From a virus, in the UHGV virus genome UHGV-0107442: a stretch of DNA of 34,578 nucleotides; one strand, written 5' to 3'. Shown in pieces: positions 16,960 through 26,220 of this stretch. The stretch's first letter is position 1. The number at the start of each line of letters is the position of its first letter. A program made the translations under genes and the position numbers. The notes under the pieces are model-generated. The model ran no database searches, had not been told where the DNA came from, and saw nothing but the letters and a program-made list of their open reading frames with translations.

Positions 16960-18018
16960 ATGAAGAAGAATACCCGCTTTGCTTTTAACGCTTACCTGCA
17001 GCAGCTGGCGCGTCTGAACGGTGTGGCAGTTGAAGAACTGTCCAGCAAGTTCACCGTGGAGCCGTCTGTGCAGCAGACGCTGGAAGACCAGATCCAGCAA
17101 TCCGCCGCTTTCCTGACGCTGATTAACGTCACGCCAGTGACCGAGCAGTCCGGTCAGCTGCTGGGGCTGGGTGTTGGCAGCACCATTGCCGGAACCACTG
17201 ATACCACCGCAAAAGAGCGTGAGCCTGTCGATCCGACGCTGATGGTCGATGTGGAATACAAATGCGAGCAGACCAACTTTGACACGGTGCTGACCTACGC
17301 GAAGCTGGACCTGTGGGCGAAGTTTCAGGATTTCCAGGTGCGTATTCGTGACGCGATCGTGAAACGTCAGGCACTGGACCGCATCATGATCGGCTTTAAC
17401 GGCGTGAAGCGTGCGAAAACCTCAAACCGTAGCGAAAACCCGCTGCTGCAGGATGTGAATAAAGGCTGGCTGCAGAAAATCCGTGAGGATGCACCGGATC
17501 ACGTCATGGGCAGCACCACCACGGGCGGTGAAACCACACCGGGTGCGGTGAAAGTCGGGAAAGGTGGCGAATATGCCAACCTGGACGCCGTGGTGATGGA
17601 TGCCGTCAATGAGCTTATCGACGTGGTCTACCAGGACGATGACGATCTGGTGGTGATTTGCGGTCGTGAACTGTTGTCTGACAAGTATTTCCCACTGGTC
17701 AACAAAGAGCAGGAAAACAGTGAAAAACTGGCTGCCGATATGATCATCAGTCAGAAACGCATGGGTGGCCTGCAGGCCGTGCGTGCGCCGTTCTTCCCGC
17801 CGAATGCACTGCTGATCACCCGTCTGGATAACCTGTCCATCTACTGGCAGGAAGACACCCGCCGCCGTTCAGTTATCGACAACCCGAAACGTGACCGGAT
17901 TGAAAACTTTGAATCCGTTAATGAAGCCTATGTGGTTGAGGACTACCGCTGCGCCGCACTGGTGGAAAACATCCAGATTGGTGATTTCAGCGCCGCCGCA
18001 GCCGAAACCGGAGCGTAA
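16960..18018 (+). CDS. N: Major capsid protein (P2 gpN family)
   Basis: 352 aa; strong remembered similarity to P2 N (...RFKFNAYL...KFTVEPSV...VKRQ.LD.IM.GFNGVKRA...DNSE.LAAD.IISQKR...). Confidence 0.9.
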   Translation: MKKNTRFAFNAYLQQLARLNGVAVEELSSKFTVEPSVQQTLEDQIQQSAAFLTLINVTPVTEQSGQLLGLGVGSTIAGTTDTTAKEREPVDPTLMVDVEYKCEQTNFDTVLTYAKLDLWAKFQDFQVRIRDAIVKRQALDRIMIGFNGVKRAKTSNRSENPLLQDVNKGWLQKIREDAPDHVMGSTTTGGETTPGAVKVGKGGEYANLDAVVMDAVNELIDVVYQDDDDLVVICGRELLSDKYFPLVNKEQENSEKLAADMIISQKRMGGLQAVRAPFFPPNALLITRLDNLSIYWQEDTRRRSVIDNPKRDRIENFESVNEAYVVEDYRCAALVENIQIGDFSAAAAETGA

Positions 18019-18021
18019 TCC

Positions 18022-18672
18022 ATGAGCCTGAGTCCCGCACGGCAGCATCGCCTGCGCGTTCAGGCTGAACAGGCCGCCCGCGAGGGCGGCAGTGTTCGCC
18101 ACGCATCGGGCTATGACCTGATGCTGCTGCAACTGGCGGAAGACCGCCGCCGTCTCAAGGGCGTTCAGTCCACGGTCAAAAAAGCGGAAATCAAGGTGGA
18201 GCTGCTGCCGAAGTACGCCGCCTGGGCAGAGGGTGTCCTGGCTGCCGGAGGCGCTCAACAGGATGACGTGCTGATGTACGTGATGCTGTGGCGCATTGAT
18301 GCCGGAGATTATGCCGGGGCGCTGGAGATCGGGCGTCATGCCCTGCGTCATGGCTGGGTGATGCCGCTGGGTAACCGCAACGTGCAGACCGTGCTGGCAG
18401 AGGAAATGGCAGACGCCGCGCAGAGCGCAATGCTTGCCGCCACCGGCTTTGATACCGATCTGTTGTTGCAGACGCTGGAGCTGACAGACGGTCTGGATAT
18501 GCCGGACCAGTCACGGGCGCGTCTGCATAAAGCGATTGGCGCTGTCCTGAGTGAAAGCAATCCGGCTTCCGCCCTTAATCATCTCAACCATGCGTTACAG
18601 CTTGATCCCCGCTGTGGCGTGAAAAAAGACAAACAGCAGCTGGAGCGCAGACTGCGCAATGACAGCCGCTGA
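18022..18672 (+). CDS. M: Terminase small / endonuclease subunit (P2 gpM family)
   Basis: 216 aa; position after N, 3 nt after its stop. Confidence 0.85.
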   Translation: MSLSPARQHRLRVQAEQAAREGGSVRHASGYDLMLLQLAEDRRRLKGVQSTVKKAEIKVELLPKYAAWAEGVLAAGGAQQDDVLMYVMLWRIDAGDYAGALEIGRHALRHGWVMPLGNRNVQTVLAEEMADAAQSAMLAATGFDTDLLLQTLELTDGLDMPDQSRARLHKAIGAVLSESNPASALNHLNHALQLDPRCGVKKDKQQLERRLRNDSR

Positions 18673-18767
18673 CAGAACGTGCCCCCGCGCACGGGCGGCA
18701 CGGGGTGGCGAAAGGCACTGCCACATCAAAACCCCGTCCACCGCCCTCTATTTCAGGAGAAAGCAGC

Positions 18768-19232
18768 ATGAAGTTTGTTGCGCCAGAACAGGCACCGGAA
18801 CAGGCGGAAATCATCAGAAATACGCCGTTCTGGCCTGATGTGGACCTGTCGGAGTTTCGCAGTGTCATGCGCACTGACGGCACGGTGACGCAGCCGCGTT
18901 TAAAGCAGGTTGCGCTGTCGGCAATTTCGGAGGTCAACGCAGAGCTGTATGAGTTTCGCAGACGTCAGCAGATGCTGGGGTATGTGTCGCTGGCTGAGGT
19001 TCCGGCGGAACAGCTGGACGGCAAAAGTGAGCGCATTCAGCACTATTTCAACGCGGTTTACTGCTGGGCACGCGCCATGCTCAACGAACGATACCAGGAC
19101 TATGACGCCACGGCATCCGGTGTGAAGCGAGGCGAGGAACTGGCGGAATCCAGCGGTGATTTGTGGCGTGACGCCCGCTGGGCCATCAGTCGGGTGCAGG
19201 ATGCGCCGCACTGCACAGTGGAGCTTATCTGA
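18768..19232 (+). CDS. L: Head completion / stabilisation protein (P2 gpL family)
   Basis: ORF 18705..19232 begins with GTG; ATG at 18768 follows CAGGAG. 154 aa; the stop overlaps the X start. Confidence 0.8.
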   Translation: MKFVAPEQAPEQAEIIRNTPFWPDVDLSEFRSVMRTDGTVTQPRLKQVALSAISEVNAELYEFRRRQQMLGYVSLAEVPAEQLDGKSERIQHYFNAVYCWARAMLNERYQDYDATASGVKRGEELAESSGDLWRDARWAISRVQDAPHCTVELI

Positions 19233-19435
19233 TGAAAGTGCGTGCGCATCAGTATGACACGGTGGACGCGCTTTGCTGGCGTCATTACGGGCGCACGCAG
19301 GGTGTCACGGAGCAGGTACTGAAGGCAAATCCGGGGCTTGCCGAATATGGCCCCTTTTTACCTCACGGGCTGCAGGTGGAGCTGCCGGACATTCCGACCA
19401 CCACCACCGTGCAGACCGTCCAGCTATGGGACTGA
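19232..19435 (+). CDS. X: Tail protein X (P2 gpX family)
   Basis: 67 aa, the same size and position as P2 X. Confidence 0.75.
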   Translation: MKVRAHQYDTVDALCWRHYGRTQGVTEQVLKANPGLAEYGPFLPHGLQVELPDIPTTTTVQTVQLWD

Positions 19436-19438
19436 ATT

Positions 19439-19654
19439 ATGACGCTTGAGCGAATCAGCGCCTTTATCACGTACTGCATCGCCGTTGTGCTGGCCTGGCT
19501 GGGCGATTTGTCCATCAAGGATGCCTCAACGCTGGGCGGCCTGATGATTGGTGTGCTGATGCTGGCTATCAACTGGTACTACAAGCACAAAGCCTACCAG
19601 CTTCTGCGCGACGGGCAGATCTCGCGGGAGGACTATGAATCCATCAATCGTTAA
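19439..19654 (+). CDS. Holin, probably a two-TMD pinholin
   Basis: 71 aa with two hydrophobic segments (ISAFITYCIAVVLAWLG and LGGLMIGVLMLAINWYY) and a charged C-terminus, directly upstream of and overlapping the endolysin gene. Confidence 0.7.
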   Translation: MTLERISAFITYCIAVVLAWLGDLSIKDASTLGGLMIGVLMLAINWYYKHKAYQLLRDGQISREDYESINR

Positions 19655-20147
19655 ACGCTGCCTTGTCGGGGCCGTGCTGGCTATTGCTGCCACGCTGCCG
19701 GGGTTTCAGCAGCTTCACACCTCCGTGGAGGGGCTGAAACTGATTGCCGATTACGAAGGCTGTCGTCTGCAGCCGTATCAGTGCAGCGCGGGCGTCTGGA
19801 CCGACGGCATTGGTAACACGTCAGGCGTCATTCCCGGCAAAACCATTACGGAACGACAGGCAGCAGAAGGACTGATTTCCAACGTGCTGCGTGTGGAGCG
19901 GGCGCTGGAAAGGTGTGTGAAACAACAGCCGCCGCAGAAGGTATATGACGCTGCGGTGTCGTTTGCCTTCAACGTGGGAACGGGCAATGCCTGCAGTTCC
20001 ACGCTGGTGAAATTACTCAATCAGCGGCGCTGGGCGGATGCGTGCCGACAGTTGCCGCGCTGGGTTTATGTAAAAGGTGTGTTTAATCAGGGGCTGGATA
20101 ACCGCCGTGCGCGGGAGATGGCCTGGTGTTTACAGGGAGCAAACTGA
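19635..20147 (+). CDS. SAR endolysin (T4-lysozyme-like, glycoside hydrolase family 24) with an N-terminal signal-anchor segment
   Basis: ATG 19635 follows GGGAGGA. N-terminal hydrophobic stretch CLVGAVLAIAATLPG, then EGLKLIADYEGCRLQPYQCSAGVWTDGIGNT (E...D...T catalytic arrangement). Confidence 0.85.
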   Translation: MNPSIVKRCLVGAVLAIAATLPGFQQLHTSVEGLKLIADYEGCRLQPYQCSAGVWTDGIGNTSGVIPGKTITERQAAEGLISNVLRVERALERCVKQQPPQKVYDAAVSFAFNVGTGNACSSTLVKLLNQRRWADACRQLPRWVYVKGVFNQGLDNRRAREMAWCLQGAN

Positions 20148-20148
20148 A

Positions 20149-20526
20149 ATGAAAAAGAAATTAATCAGCGGGCTGTTTCTGATGTTATGGATGGCGCTGT
20201 TAATCGCCGCAATGGTGTATCCGCAGGGGATTTTTCCGGTACTGGCAGCGTCCGGCGTTTGGGTAGCCTGTTTGCTGACATGGGCGGTAATTCCGGTAGC
20301 ACTGGCTGCGTTAATTAAGAATGGCCCGCTCTGGCAGGAGTTGAGGGCATCTTTGCTGAAGACAATTACCCGAAAAGAAAACGTATTTATCAGCTGGGTG
20401 ATGCGATTGCTGATTGTCGTAAGTCTCGCCTGGACGGAGTGGGCTATTACCCTGGTCTTTTATCTACTGACCGTTATTGCCTTCTGGATCACCCGTAATC
20501 AGATGGCGCAACAGGTAGCAGCATGA
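20149..20526 (+). CDS. LysA-like membrane protein (lysis accessory)
   Basis: ORF 20077..20526 in the track; ATG at 20149 follows AGGGAG, 1 nt after the endolysin stop. 125 aa, almost entirely hydrophobic helices. Confidence 0.65.
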   Translation: MKKKLISGLFLMLWMALLIAAMVYPQGIFPVLAASGVWVACLLTWAVIPVALAALIKNGPLWQELRASLLKTITRKENVFISWVMRLLIVVSLAWTEWAITLVFYLLTVIAFWITRNQMAQQVAA

Positions 20527-20951
20527 ACCGGTTGCTGCTGGGTGTGCTGGCGTTATTACTGACGGCGCTGGGCTGGCAGACGTGGCGGCTGGCTGATGCC
20601 AGCCAGACCATCAGCACGCAGGCAGACGAGCTGCAGAGCAAAAGCCAGGCGCTGGCAAAGAGCAACAACCAGCTTATCAGCCTGTCCATTCTGACTGAAA
20701 CTAACAACCGGGAGCAGGCGCGGCTCTATGCCGAAGCAGAACAGACCAGTGCACTGCTGAGACAACGACAACGCCGGATTGAGGAACTGAAACGTGAGAA
20801 CGAGGATTTACGCCGCTGGGCTGATACTCCTTTGCCTGCTGACATTATCCGGCTGCGGGAACGTCCGGCACTCACCGGAGGTGCAGCTTACCGTCAGTGG
20901 TTGTCCGCGAGTGACGCCGTGTCAGCTGGATCAGGCAGCGCCACACAATAA
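20523..20951 (+). CDS. LysB / Rz-like inner-membrane spanin
   Basis: 142 aa with an N-terminal TMD (LLLGVLALLLTALGW) and a coiled-coil-like, charged periplasmic domain. Confidence 0.7.
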   Translation: MNRLLLGVLALLLTALGWQTWRLADASQTISTQADELQSKSQALAKSNNQLISLSILTETNNREQARLYAEAEQTSALLRQRQRRIEELKRENEDLRRWADTPLPADIIRLRERPALTGGAAYRQWLSASDAVSAGSGSATQ

Positions 20952-21084
20952 CGGTGATCTGAACGCATTGCTGGATGAAACGGAGGCCGCCTGGGCGGTC
21001 TGTGCAGACAAAGTGGACATGATTATTGCGTGTCAGGAGCGAAACAGTGAACAAACCACAATCCCTGCGCCACGCCCTCAATAA
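20794..21084 (+). CDS. LysC / Rz1-like outer-membrane lipoprotein spanin, embedded out of frame in lysB
   Basis: GTG 20794 follows GAGGA at 8-nt spacing. Signal peptide with lipobox (LLTLSGC) and a Pro-rich mature part. The embedded arrangement matches P2 lysB/lysC. Confidence 0.65.
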   Translation: MRTRIYAAGLILLCLLTLSGCGNVRHSPEVQLTVSGCPRVTPCQLDQAAPHNNGDLNALLDETEAAWAVCADKVDMIIACQERNSEQTTIPAPRPQ

Positions 21085-21478
21085 AGCAGTGCCTTATGTC
21101 CGTAATAACCCGGACAAACTGCATCTGTTTGTGGATAACGGTTCGCTGGTTGCCACCGGGGCCAGCTCCATGTCATGGGAGTACCGCTACACCCTTAACG
21201 TGGTGATTGAAGATTTCAGCGGCGACCAGAATCTGCTGATGGCCCCGGTTTTGCTGTGGCTGCGGGATAACCAGTCTGATGCCATCAATAACCCGACGTT
21301 ACGGGAAAAGCTATTCACCTTTGAAGTGGATATTCTGCGCAACGATGTCTGTGATATCAGCCTGAACCTGCAGCTGACGGAGCGTGTGCTGGTCAGCACT
21401 GACGGAAGTGTGTCGAGCGTTGAAGCGATAACGGAACCCGATGAACCTGAAGAAATGTGGACGGTGAAACGTGGCTGA
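21047..21478 (+). CDS. R: Tail completion protein (P2 gpR family)
   Basis: ORF 21026..21478 begins with TTG; GTG at 21047 follows AGGAG at 7-nt spacing. Remembered similarity to P2 R (...LKTNPD.L.IFVDNGS...YTLNV...). Confidence 0.8.
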   Translation: MNKPQSLRHALNKAVPYVRNNPDKLHLFVDNGSLVATGASSMSWEYRYTLNVVIEDFSGDQNLLMAPVLLWLRDNQSDAINNPTLREKLFTFEVDILRNDVCDISLNLQLTERVLVSTDGSVSSVEAITEPDEPEEMWTVKRG

Positions 21479-21917
21479 ACTGCAGAAAGTAGACGACTGG
21501 CTGAGTGCCTTGCTGGCGAATCTGGAGCCAGTCGCAAGAAGCCGCATGATGCGTCAGCTGGCGCAGGAACTGCGCCGGACACAGCAACAGAACATCAGGA
21601 TGCAGCGCAATCCAGATGGCAGCAGTTATGAGCCGCGCAGAGTAACAGCACGCAGCAAAAAGGGGCGCATCAAACGTCAGATGTTTACAAAGCTGCGCAC
21701 CACAAAATACCTGAAAACTGCCGCCAGCGCCGACTCTGCCAGCGTGCAGTTTGAAGGCAAGGTGCAGCGCATTGCCCGCGTTCACCATTACGGCCTGCGA
21801 GATCGCGTCAGTCGTAAGGGACCGGAGGTGCGTTACGCAGAGCGTCGCCTTCTGGGTGTAAATGATGATGTTGAGGCAATGACCCGCGACATGATTCTGC
21901 AATGGCTGGCGGGGTGA
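21471..21917 (+). CDS. S: Tail completion protein (P2 gpS family)
   Basis: 148 aa; start overlaps the R stop. Begins with GTG. Confidence 0.8.
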   Translation: MAELQKVDDWLSALLANLEPVARSRMMRQLAQELRRTQQQNIRMQRNPDGSSYEPRRVTARSKKGRIKRQMFTKLRTTKYLKTAASADSASVQFEGKVQRIARVHHYGLRDRVSRKGPEVRYAERRLLGVNDDVEAMTRDMILQWLAG

Positions 21918-21921
21918 TCTT

Positions 21922-21939
21922 TGTATCAGCACTGATACA
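21922..21939 (+). promoter_or_regulatory. TGT-N12-ACA late-promoter activator site upstream of V
   Basis: Perfect dyad TGTATCAG-CA-CTGATACA in the 68-bp S-V intergenic gap. Confidence 0.5.
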
Positions 21940-21985
21940 AGTTGCAGCACTGCCGCCTTTCTTCCCCTGATGGCAACCTTTCCCT

Positions 21986-22564
21986 ATGAACGCACAATTA
22001 ACCGAAATCATGCGCCTTATCACCAACCTGATCCGCACAGGGGTAGTCACCGAAGTGGACAGGGAAAACTGGCTTTGCCGGGTGAAAACGGGCGAGCTTG
22101 AAACCAACTGGATCAGCTGGCTGACGCTGCGTGCCGGGAATGCCCGTACATGGTGGCGACCATCGGAAGGTGAGCAGGTGGTGCTGCTGAGTCTGGGCGG
22201 CAATCTGGAAACCGCCTTTGCGCTGCCCGCTGTCTATTCGAATCAGTTCGCACCACCGTCGACGTCGGCGGACGCCTGCGTGACAGAACATCCTGACGGT
22301 GGCTGGTTTGAATACGAACCCGCCACCGGGCGCTGGTATGTCAGGGGCATCAAATCAATGGTCATTGAGGCTGCTGACAACATCACCATGAAAACCAGTG
22401 AGTTTGTACTGGAGGCTGACCGCACGCGCATTAACAGCGAAGTGATGATCAATGGTGGCGTTACCCAGGGCGGCGGAGCGATGAGTTCTAACGGGATCGT
22501 GGTTGATGCGCATCAGCATACTGGCGTCCTGAAAGGCGGCGATACAACCGGAGGCCCGGTATGA
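21986..22564 (+). CDS. V: Baseplate spike / assembly protein (P2 gpV family)
   Basis: 192 aa; remembered similarity to P2 V (...W..WL..RAG...TWW.PS.GEQV...GG.L..AF.LP..YS...). Glycine-rich C-terminus. Confidence 0.85.
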   Translation: MNAQLTEIMRLITNLIRTGVVTEVDRENWLCRVKTGELETNWISWLTLRAGNARTWWRPSEGEQVVLLSLGGNLETAFALPAVYSNQFAPPSTSADACVTEHPDGGWFEYEPATGRWYVRGIKSMVIEAADNITMKTSEFVLEADRTRINSEVMINGGVTQGGGAMSSNGIVVDAHQHTGVLKGGDTTGGPV

Positions 22565-22920
22565 CGCTTTATAGCGGGATGAACAATACCAGCGGCAAAG
22601 TCATTACTGATATTGATCATCTGCGCCAGTCGGTGCGGGACATTCTGCTGACACCGCAGGGTAGCCGTATTGCCCGCCGGGAATATGGTTCCCTGCTGTC
22701 GGCACTGATAGATCAGCCACAAAATCCGGCATTACGCCTGCAGGTCATGTCGGCAGTGTATGTGGCGCTGAGTCGCTGGGAGCCACGGTTGACGCTGGAT
22801 TCCATCACCATCAACAGCAATTTTGACGGTTCAATGGTGGTGGAGCTGACCGGGCGGCGGAATAACGGTGTGCCTGTGTCCCTTTCCGTATCAACAGGAG
22901 CAGAGAATGGCAGTGATTGA
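22561..22920 (+). CDS. W: Baseplate protein (P2 gpW family)
   Basis: 119 aa; overlaps the V stop. Confidence 0.85.
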   Translation: MTLYSGMNNTSGKVITDIDHLRQSVRDILLTPQGSRIARREYGSLLSALIDQPQNPALRLQVMSAVYVALSRWEPRLTLDSITINSNFDGSMVVELTGRRNNGVPVSLSVSTGAENGSD

Positions 22921-23815
22921 CCTTTCGCAGTTGCCTGCACCGCAGATTGTGGATGTGCCGGACTTTGAGACGCTGCTTGCCGAACGCAAGGCAGAATTTG
23001 TGGCGCTTCATCCGAAAGATGAGCAGGAAGCAGTGATCCGCACGCTGGAACTGGAATCTGAACCCGCCACTAAATTGTTGCAGGAGAACGCTTACCGTGA
23101 GTTGCTTCTGCGCCAGCGCATTAACGAAGCCGCGCAGGCGGTGATGGTGGCTTACGCGATGGGCGGCGATCTTGACCAGCTCGCTGCCAACTACAACGTG
23201 ACACGCCTGACGGTGACGCCTGCTGATAATGATGCTGTGCCGCCCGTTGCAGCTGTGATGGAAAGCGATGAAGCGTTGCGCCTGCGTGTGCCTGCAGCCT
23301 TTGAAGGGCTTTCTGTTGCGGGGCCAACTGCAGCTTATGAATTTCATGCCCGAAGCGCCGACGGTCGGGTGGCGGATGCCAGTGCAACCAGCCCGGCACC
23401 TGCAGAGGTGGTGCTGACTGTCCTTAGCCGCGAAGGCGATGGAACTGCAGAAAAAGACCTGCTGGACGTGGTGGAAAAAGCTCTGAACAGTGAGAACGTC
23501 CGCCCGGTGGCTGACCGTCTTACGGTTCGCAGCGCAGAAATCATCCCGTATCGCGTGGAAGCCACCATTTTTCTCTATCCTGGACCGGAAGCAGAGCCGG
23601 TAATGGCAGCGGCAAAAGCCAGCCTGCAGAAGTACATCGCCAGTCAGACGCGTCTTGGTCGGGATATTCGCCGTAGCGCCATCTTTGCCGCCCTGCATGT
23701 TGAGGGGGTGCAGCGTGTGGAGCTGGCTTCTCCTCTGGCGGATGTGGTCCTGAACAAAACACAGGCGGCATCATGTACGCAGTGGAGCGTAACCAACGGA
23801 GGAACGGATGAATAG
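22907..23815 (+). CDS. J: Baseplate assembly protein (P2 gpJ family)
   Basis: ORF 22868..23815 in the track; ATG at 22907 follows CAGGAG. 302 aa, the same as P2 J. Confidence 0.85.
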   Translation: MAVIDLSQLPAPQIVDVPDFETLLAERKAEFVALHPKDEQEAVIRTLELESEPATKLLQENAYRELLLRQRINEAAQAVMVAYAMGGDLDQLAANYNVTRLTVTPADNDAVPPVAAVMESDEALRLRVPAAFEGLSVAGPTAAYEFHARSADGRVADASATSPAPAEVVLTVLSREGDGTAEKDLLDVVEKALNSENVRPVADRLTVRSAEIIPYRVEATIFLYPGPEAEPVMAAAKASLQKYIASQTRLGRDIRRSAIFAALHVEGVQRVELASPLADVVLNKTQAASCTQWSVTNGGTDE

Positions 23816-24413
23816 TCTGCTGCCACCGGGTTCAACACCACTGGAGCGCCGACTGGCGCAAACCTGCAGCGGGATTTCTGATCTGCAGGTGCCGCTTCGT
23901 GACTTGTGGAATCCGGCAACCTGTCCGGTCAGTTTCCTGCCTTATCTCGCCTGGGCGTTCTCTGTGGATCGCTGGGACGAGGGCTGGACAGAAAGCGTCA
24001 AGCGCCAGGTGGTGAAGGATGCTTTTTATATTCATCAGCATAAAGGGACCACCAGTGCCGTGCGGCGGGTGGTGGAGCCGTTCGGATTCCTGATCCGCAT
24101 TATTGAGTGGTGGCAGACCGGAGAAACACCGGGCACGTTTCGCCTGGATATCGGCGTGCAGGACCAGGGCATCACTGAAGATACCTATCTGGAACTTGAG
24201 CGACTGATAAGCGATGCCAAACCATGTAGCCGCCACATGATCGGCATGTCCATCAATCTGCAGACCAGCGGCCCGCATTGGGTGGGAGCCGCCAGCTATC
24301 TTGGCGAAGAAATCACGATCTATCCGTATATCAACGAAACGATTATTTCCGGTGGCACCGCGCATGAAGGCGGGGCGGTCCATGTTATTGACACAATGAG
24401 AGTGAATCCATGA
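23808..24413 (+). CDS. I: Baseplate / tail protein (P2 gpI family)
   Basis: 201 aa; overlaps both neighbours. Confidence 0.85.
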   Translation: MNSLLPPGSTPLERRLAQTCSGISDLQVPLRDLWNPATCPVSFLPYLAWAFSVDRWDEGWTESVKRQVVKDAFYIHQHKGTTSAVRRVVEPFGFLIRIIEWWQTGETPGTFRLDIGVQDQGITEDTYLELERLISDAKPCSRHMIGMSINLQTSGPHWVGAASYLGEEITIYPYINETIISGGTAHEGGAVHVIDTMRVNP

Positions 24414-25801
24414 GCACAAAATTTTATACCCTGCTGACGGATATTGGCGCGGCGAAACTTGCCAGCGCCGCCGCGCTCGGTGTGCCGCTAAAAATTACCC
24501 ATATGGCGGTGGGCGATGGCGGTGGAGTATTGCCAACGCCGGACGCAAAGCAGACGGCACTGGTAAATGAGAAACGCCGGGCTGCGCTGAATATGCTTTA
24601 TATCGACCCGCAGAACAGCAGCCAGATTATTGCCGAACAGGTGATCCCTGAAAACGAGGGCGGTTGGTGGATACGTGAAGTGGGCTTGTTTGATGAGTCC
24701 GGGGCATTGATTGCCGTGGGCAACTGCCCGGAAAGCTATAAGCCGCAACTGGCTGAAGGTAGCGGGCGCACTCAGACCGTGCGCATGGTGCTGATTACCA
24801 GCAGCACGGACAATATCACCCTGAAAATCGACCCTGCTGTAGTGCTGGCAACCCGCAAGTATGTGGATGACAAGGCACTGGAGCTGAAGGTGTACGCGGA
24901 TGATCAGATGGCAAAACATCTTGCCGCACCGGACCCGCATTCACAGTACGCGCCAAAAGCCAGCCCGACATTTACCGGAACCCCCAAAGCGCCAACGCCA
25001 GCGGCGGGGAATAATACCACGCAGGTTGCGACCACTGCGTTTGTACAGGCGGCACTGACGGCCCTTATTAATGGTGCGCCAGCCACGCTGGACACGCTGA
25101 AAGAAATAGCCGCAGCCATTAACAATGATCCGAATTTCAGTACCACCATTAACAATGCGCTGGCACTAAAAGCACCGTTGTCGAGTCCGGCACTCACCGG
25201 AACGCCAACAGCCCCCACGGCGGCGCAGTCGATCAACAATACACAGATTGCCACTACGGCTTTTGTGAAATCGGCGATTGCAGGAATGGTGGGTTCTGCA
25301 CCTGCTGCACTGGATACACTGAACGAACTGGCGGCGGCACTGGGGAATGATCCGAACTTTGCCACGACAATGCTTAATGCGCTGGCAGGTAAACAACCGC
25401 TGGACAATACGCTTACCAATTTGAGTGGAAAGGATGTAGCTGGTCTTCTCACATACCTTGGTTTGGGAGAAGCCAGATATGTCATTCAGCGAGGAGCTAA
25501 TGTCAATGGTGCATGGATACGCTGGTCAGATGGTGCAATAGAAGTATTTGGAACTGGTGGTTCCAATGATAATGGGCTGGCTAAAGTCGTTTATCCAATT
25601 GCACTACCTAAGCTTTCACGTTTTATCAGCATAGCGGAAAGAATAAGAACAGATTACGAGGCCACACCTAATAACGTTCACGTTTCAATGATCGTGGATG
25701 ACCAGGTCAGTAATACAGGTTTTTATGTCCGCTGCCAGATGTACGACGGAAGACCATCAACAAGTGCTTTTTCCTGGAGAGTTTATTGTGCGCCTGTTTA
25801 A
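24410..25801 (+). CDS. H: Tail fibre protein (P2 gpH-like constant N-terminal region plus variable C-terminus in the current orientation)
   Basis: 463 aa. Two tandem copies of a roughly 70-aa repeat (...TGTPKAPTPAAGNNTTQVATTAFVQAAL...DTLKEIAAAINNDPNF... and ...TGTPTAPTAAQSINNTQIATTAFVKSAI...DTLNELAAALGNDPNF...). The inversion crossover site lies inside the gene at 25458..25478 (encodes GLGEAR). Confidence 0.85.
   Translation: MSTKFYTLLTDIGAAKLASAAALGVPLKITHMAVGDGGGVLPTPDAKQTALVNEKRRAALNMLYIDPQNSSQIIAEQVIPENEGGWWIREVGLFDESGALIAVGNCPESYKPQLAEGSGRTQTVRMVLITSSTDNITLKIDPAVVLATRKYVDDKALELKVYADDQMAKHLAAPDPHSQYAPKASPTFTGTPKAPTPAAGNNTTQVATTAFVQAALTALINGAPATLDTLKEIAAAINNDPNFSTTINNALALKAPLSSPALTGTPTAPTAAQSINNTQIATTAFVKSAIAGMVGSAPAALDTLNELAAALGNDPNFATTMLNALAGKQPLDNTLTNLSGKDVAGLLTYLGLGEARYVIQRGANVNGAWIRWSDGAIEVFGTGGSNDNGLAKVVYPIALPKLSRFISIAERIRTDYEATPNNVHVSMIVDDQVSNTGFYVRCQMYDGRPSTSAFSWRVYCAPV
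25458..25478 (+). repeat. Left inversion crossover site, inside H
   Basis: Identical to the reverse complement of 26894..26914. Confidence 0.7.
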
Positions 25802-25985
25802 TCCTGTTACTTTGACTGAAGTAATCCCCGGTCTTCATGACGTGACCGGGGCTGTGGAATTACCAGAAGATAACTGGTTTTTTACTGCATCTGAAATCCC
25901 TGAAGGAATGGAAATATCTGTTAACGAGAAGGGCGAACCCATTCTGATTGAGATTAAACCATATCAGGTGGAACTGGCCAGATAA
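25788..25985 (+). CDS. Small ORF after the active fibre C-terminus; putative tail-fibre assembly/chaperone protein (65 aa)
   Basis: GTG 25788 follows GGAGA at 7-nt spacing and overlaps the H stop. Function assigned by position (equivalent to U of Mu-type invertible segments); no motif recognised. Confidence 0.4.
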   Translation: MRLFNPVTLTEVIPGLHDVTGAVELPEDNWFFTASEIPEGMEISVNEKGEPILIEIKPYQVELAR

Positions 25986-26220
25986 CCCCCGGCGCGGTGC
26001 TGGTATCTGCTTCCATCACCGCGTCGATATTACCAACATCATATTCAGTCATTTCCGGTTCCGGTGGTGCTATAAACTCTCCGTCAGAATAGAACCAACC
26101 GACGCCTGCATCTATATGATCAATATTTATAATTTCGCAGTTAGAGAATAAATCACCCTCTCCATCCCAGATAATAATATTTTTCACCACGCCATGTTCA
26201 ATCAGAGCAAAATTACTCAT
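25954..26220 (-). CDS. Small ORF of the alternative cassette; putative tail-fibre assembly/chaperone protein (88 aa)
   Basis: ATG at 26220 (-) overlaps the stop of the alternative fibre C-terminus (ATGA). Convergent with the ORF at 25788..25985, as expected for an invertible segment. Confidence 0.5.
   Translation of the reverse strand: MSNFALIEHGVVKNIIIWDGEGDLFSNCEIINIDHIDAGVGWFYSDGEFIAPPEPEMTEYDVGNIDAVMEADTSTAPGVIWPVPPDMV

Noticed and set aside
18705-18767. GTG-initiated extension of the gpL-like ORF
   Set aside because: The ATG at 18768 with CAGGAG upstream is the more likely start; the extension is Pro/Ser-rich, low-complexity read-through of the M-L intergenic region.
22811-23698. 295-aa minus-strand ORF across the W/J genes
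   Set aside because: Antisense to two well-supported baseplate genes; Arg/Cys/His-rich composition typical of reverse-frame translation.
24904-25485. 193-aa minus-strand ORF inside the tail-fibre gene
   Set aside because: Ala/Gly/Val-rich mirror image of the tail-fibre tandem repeats; no start signals.
25698-25787. Upstream part of the track ORF 25698..25985 overlapping the end of the tail-fibre gene
   Set aside because: The in-frame GTG at 25788 with a GGAGA SD is a better start; the upstream part overlaps the H coding sequence out of frame.
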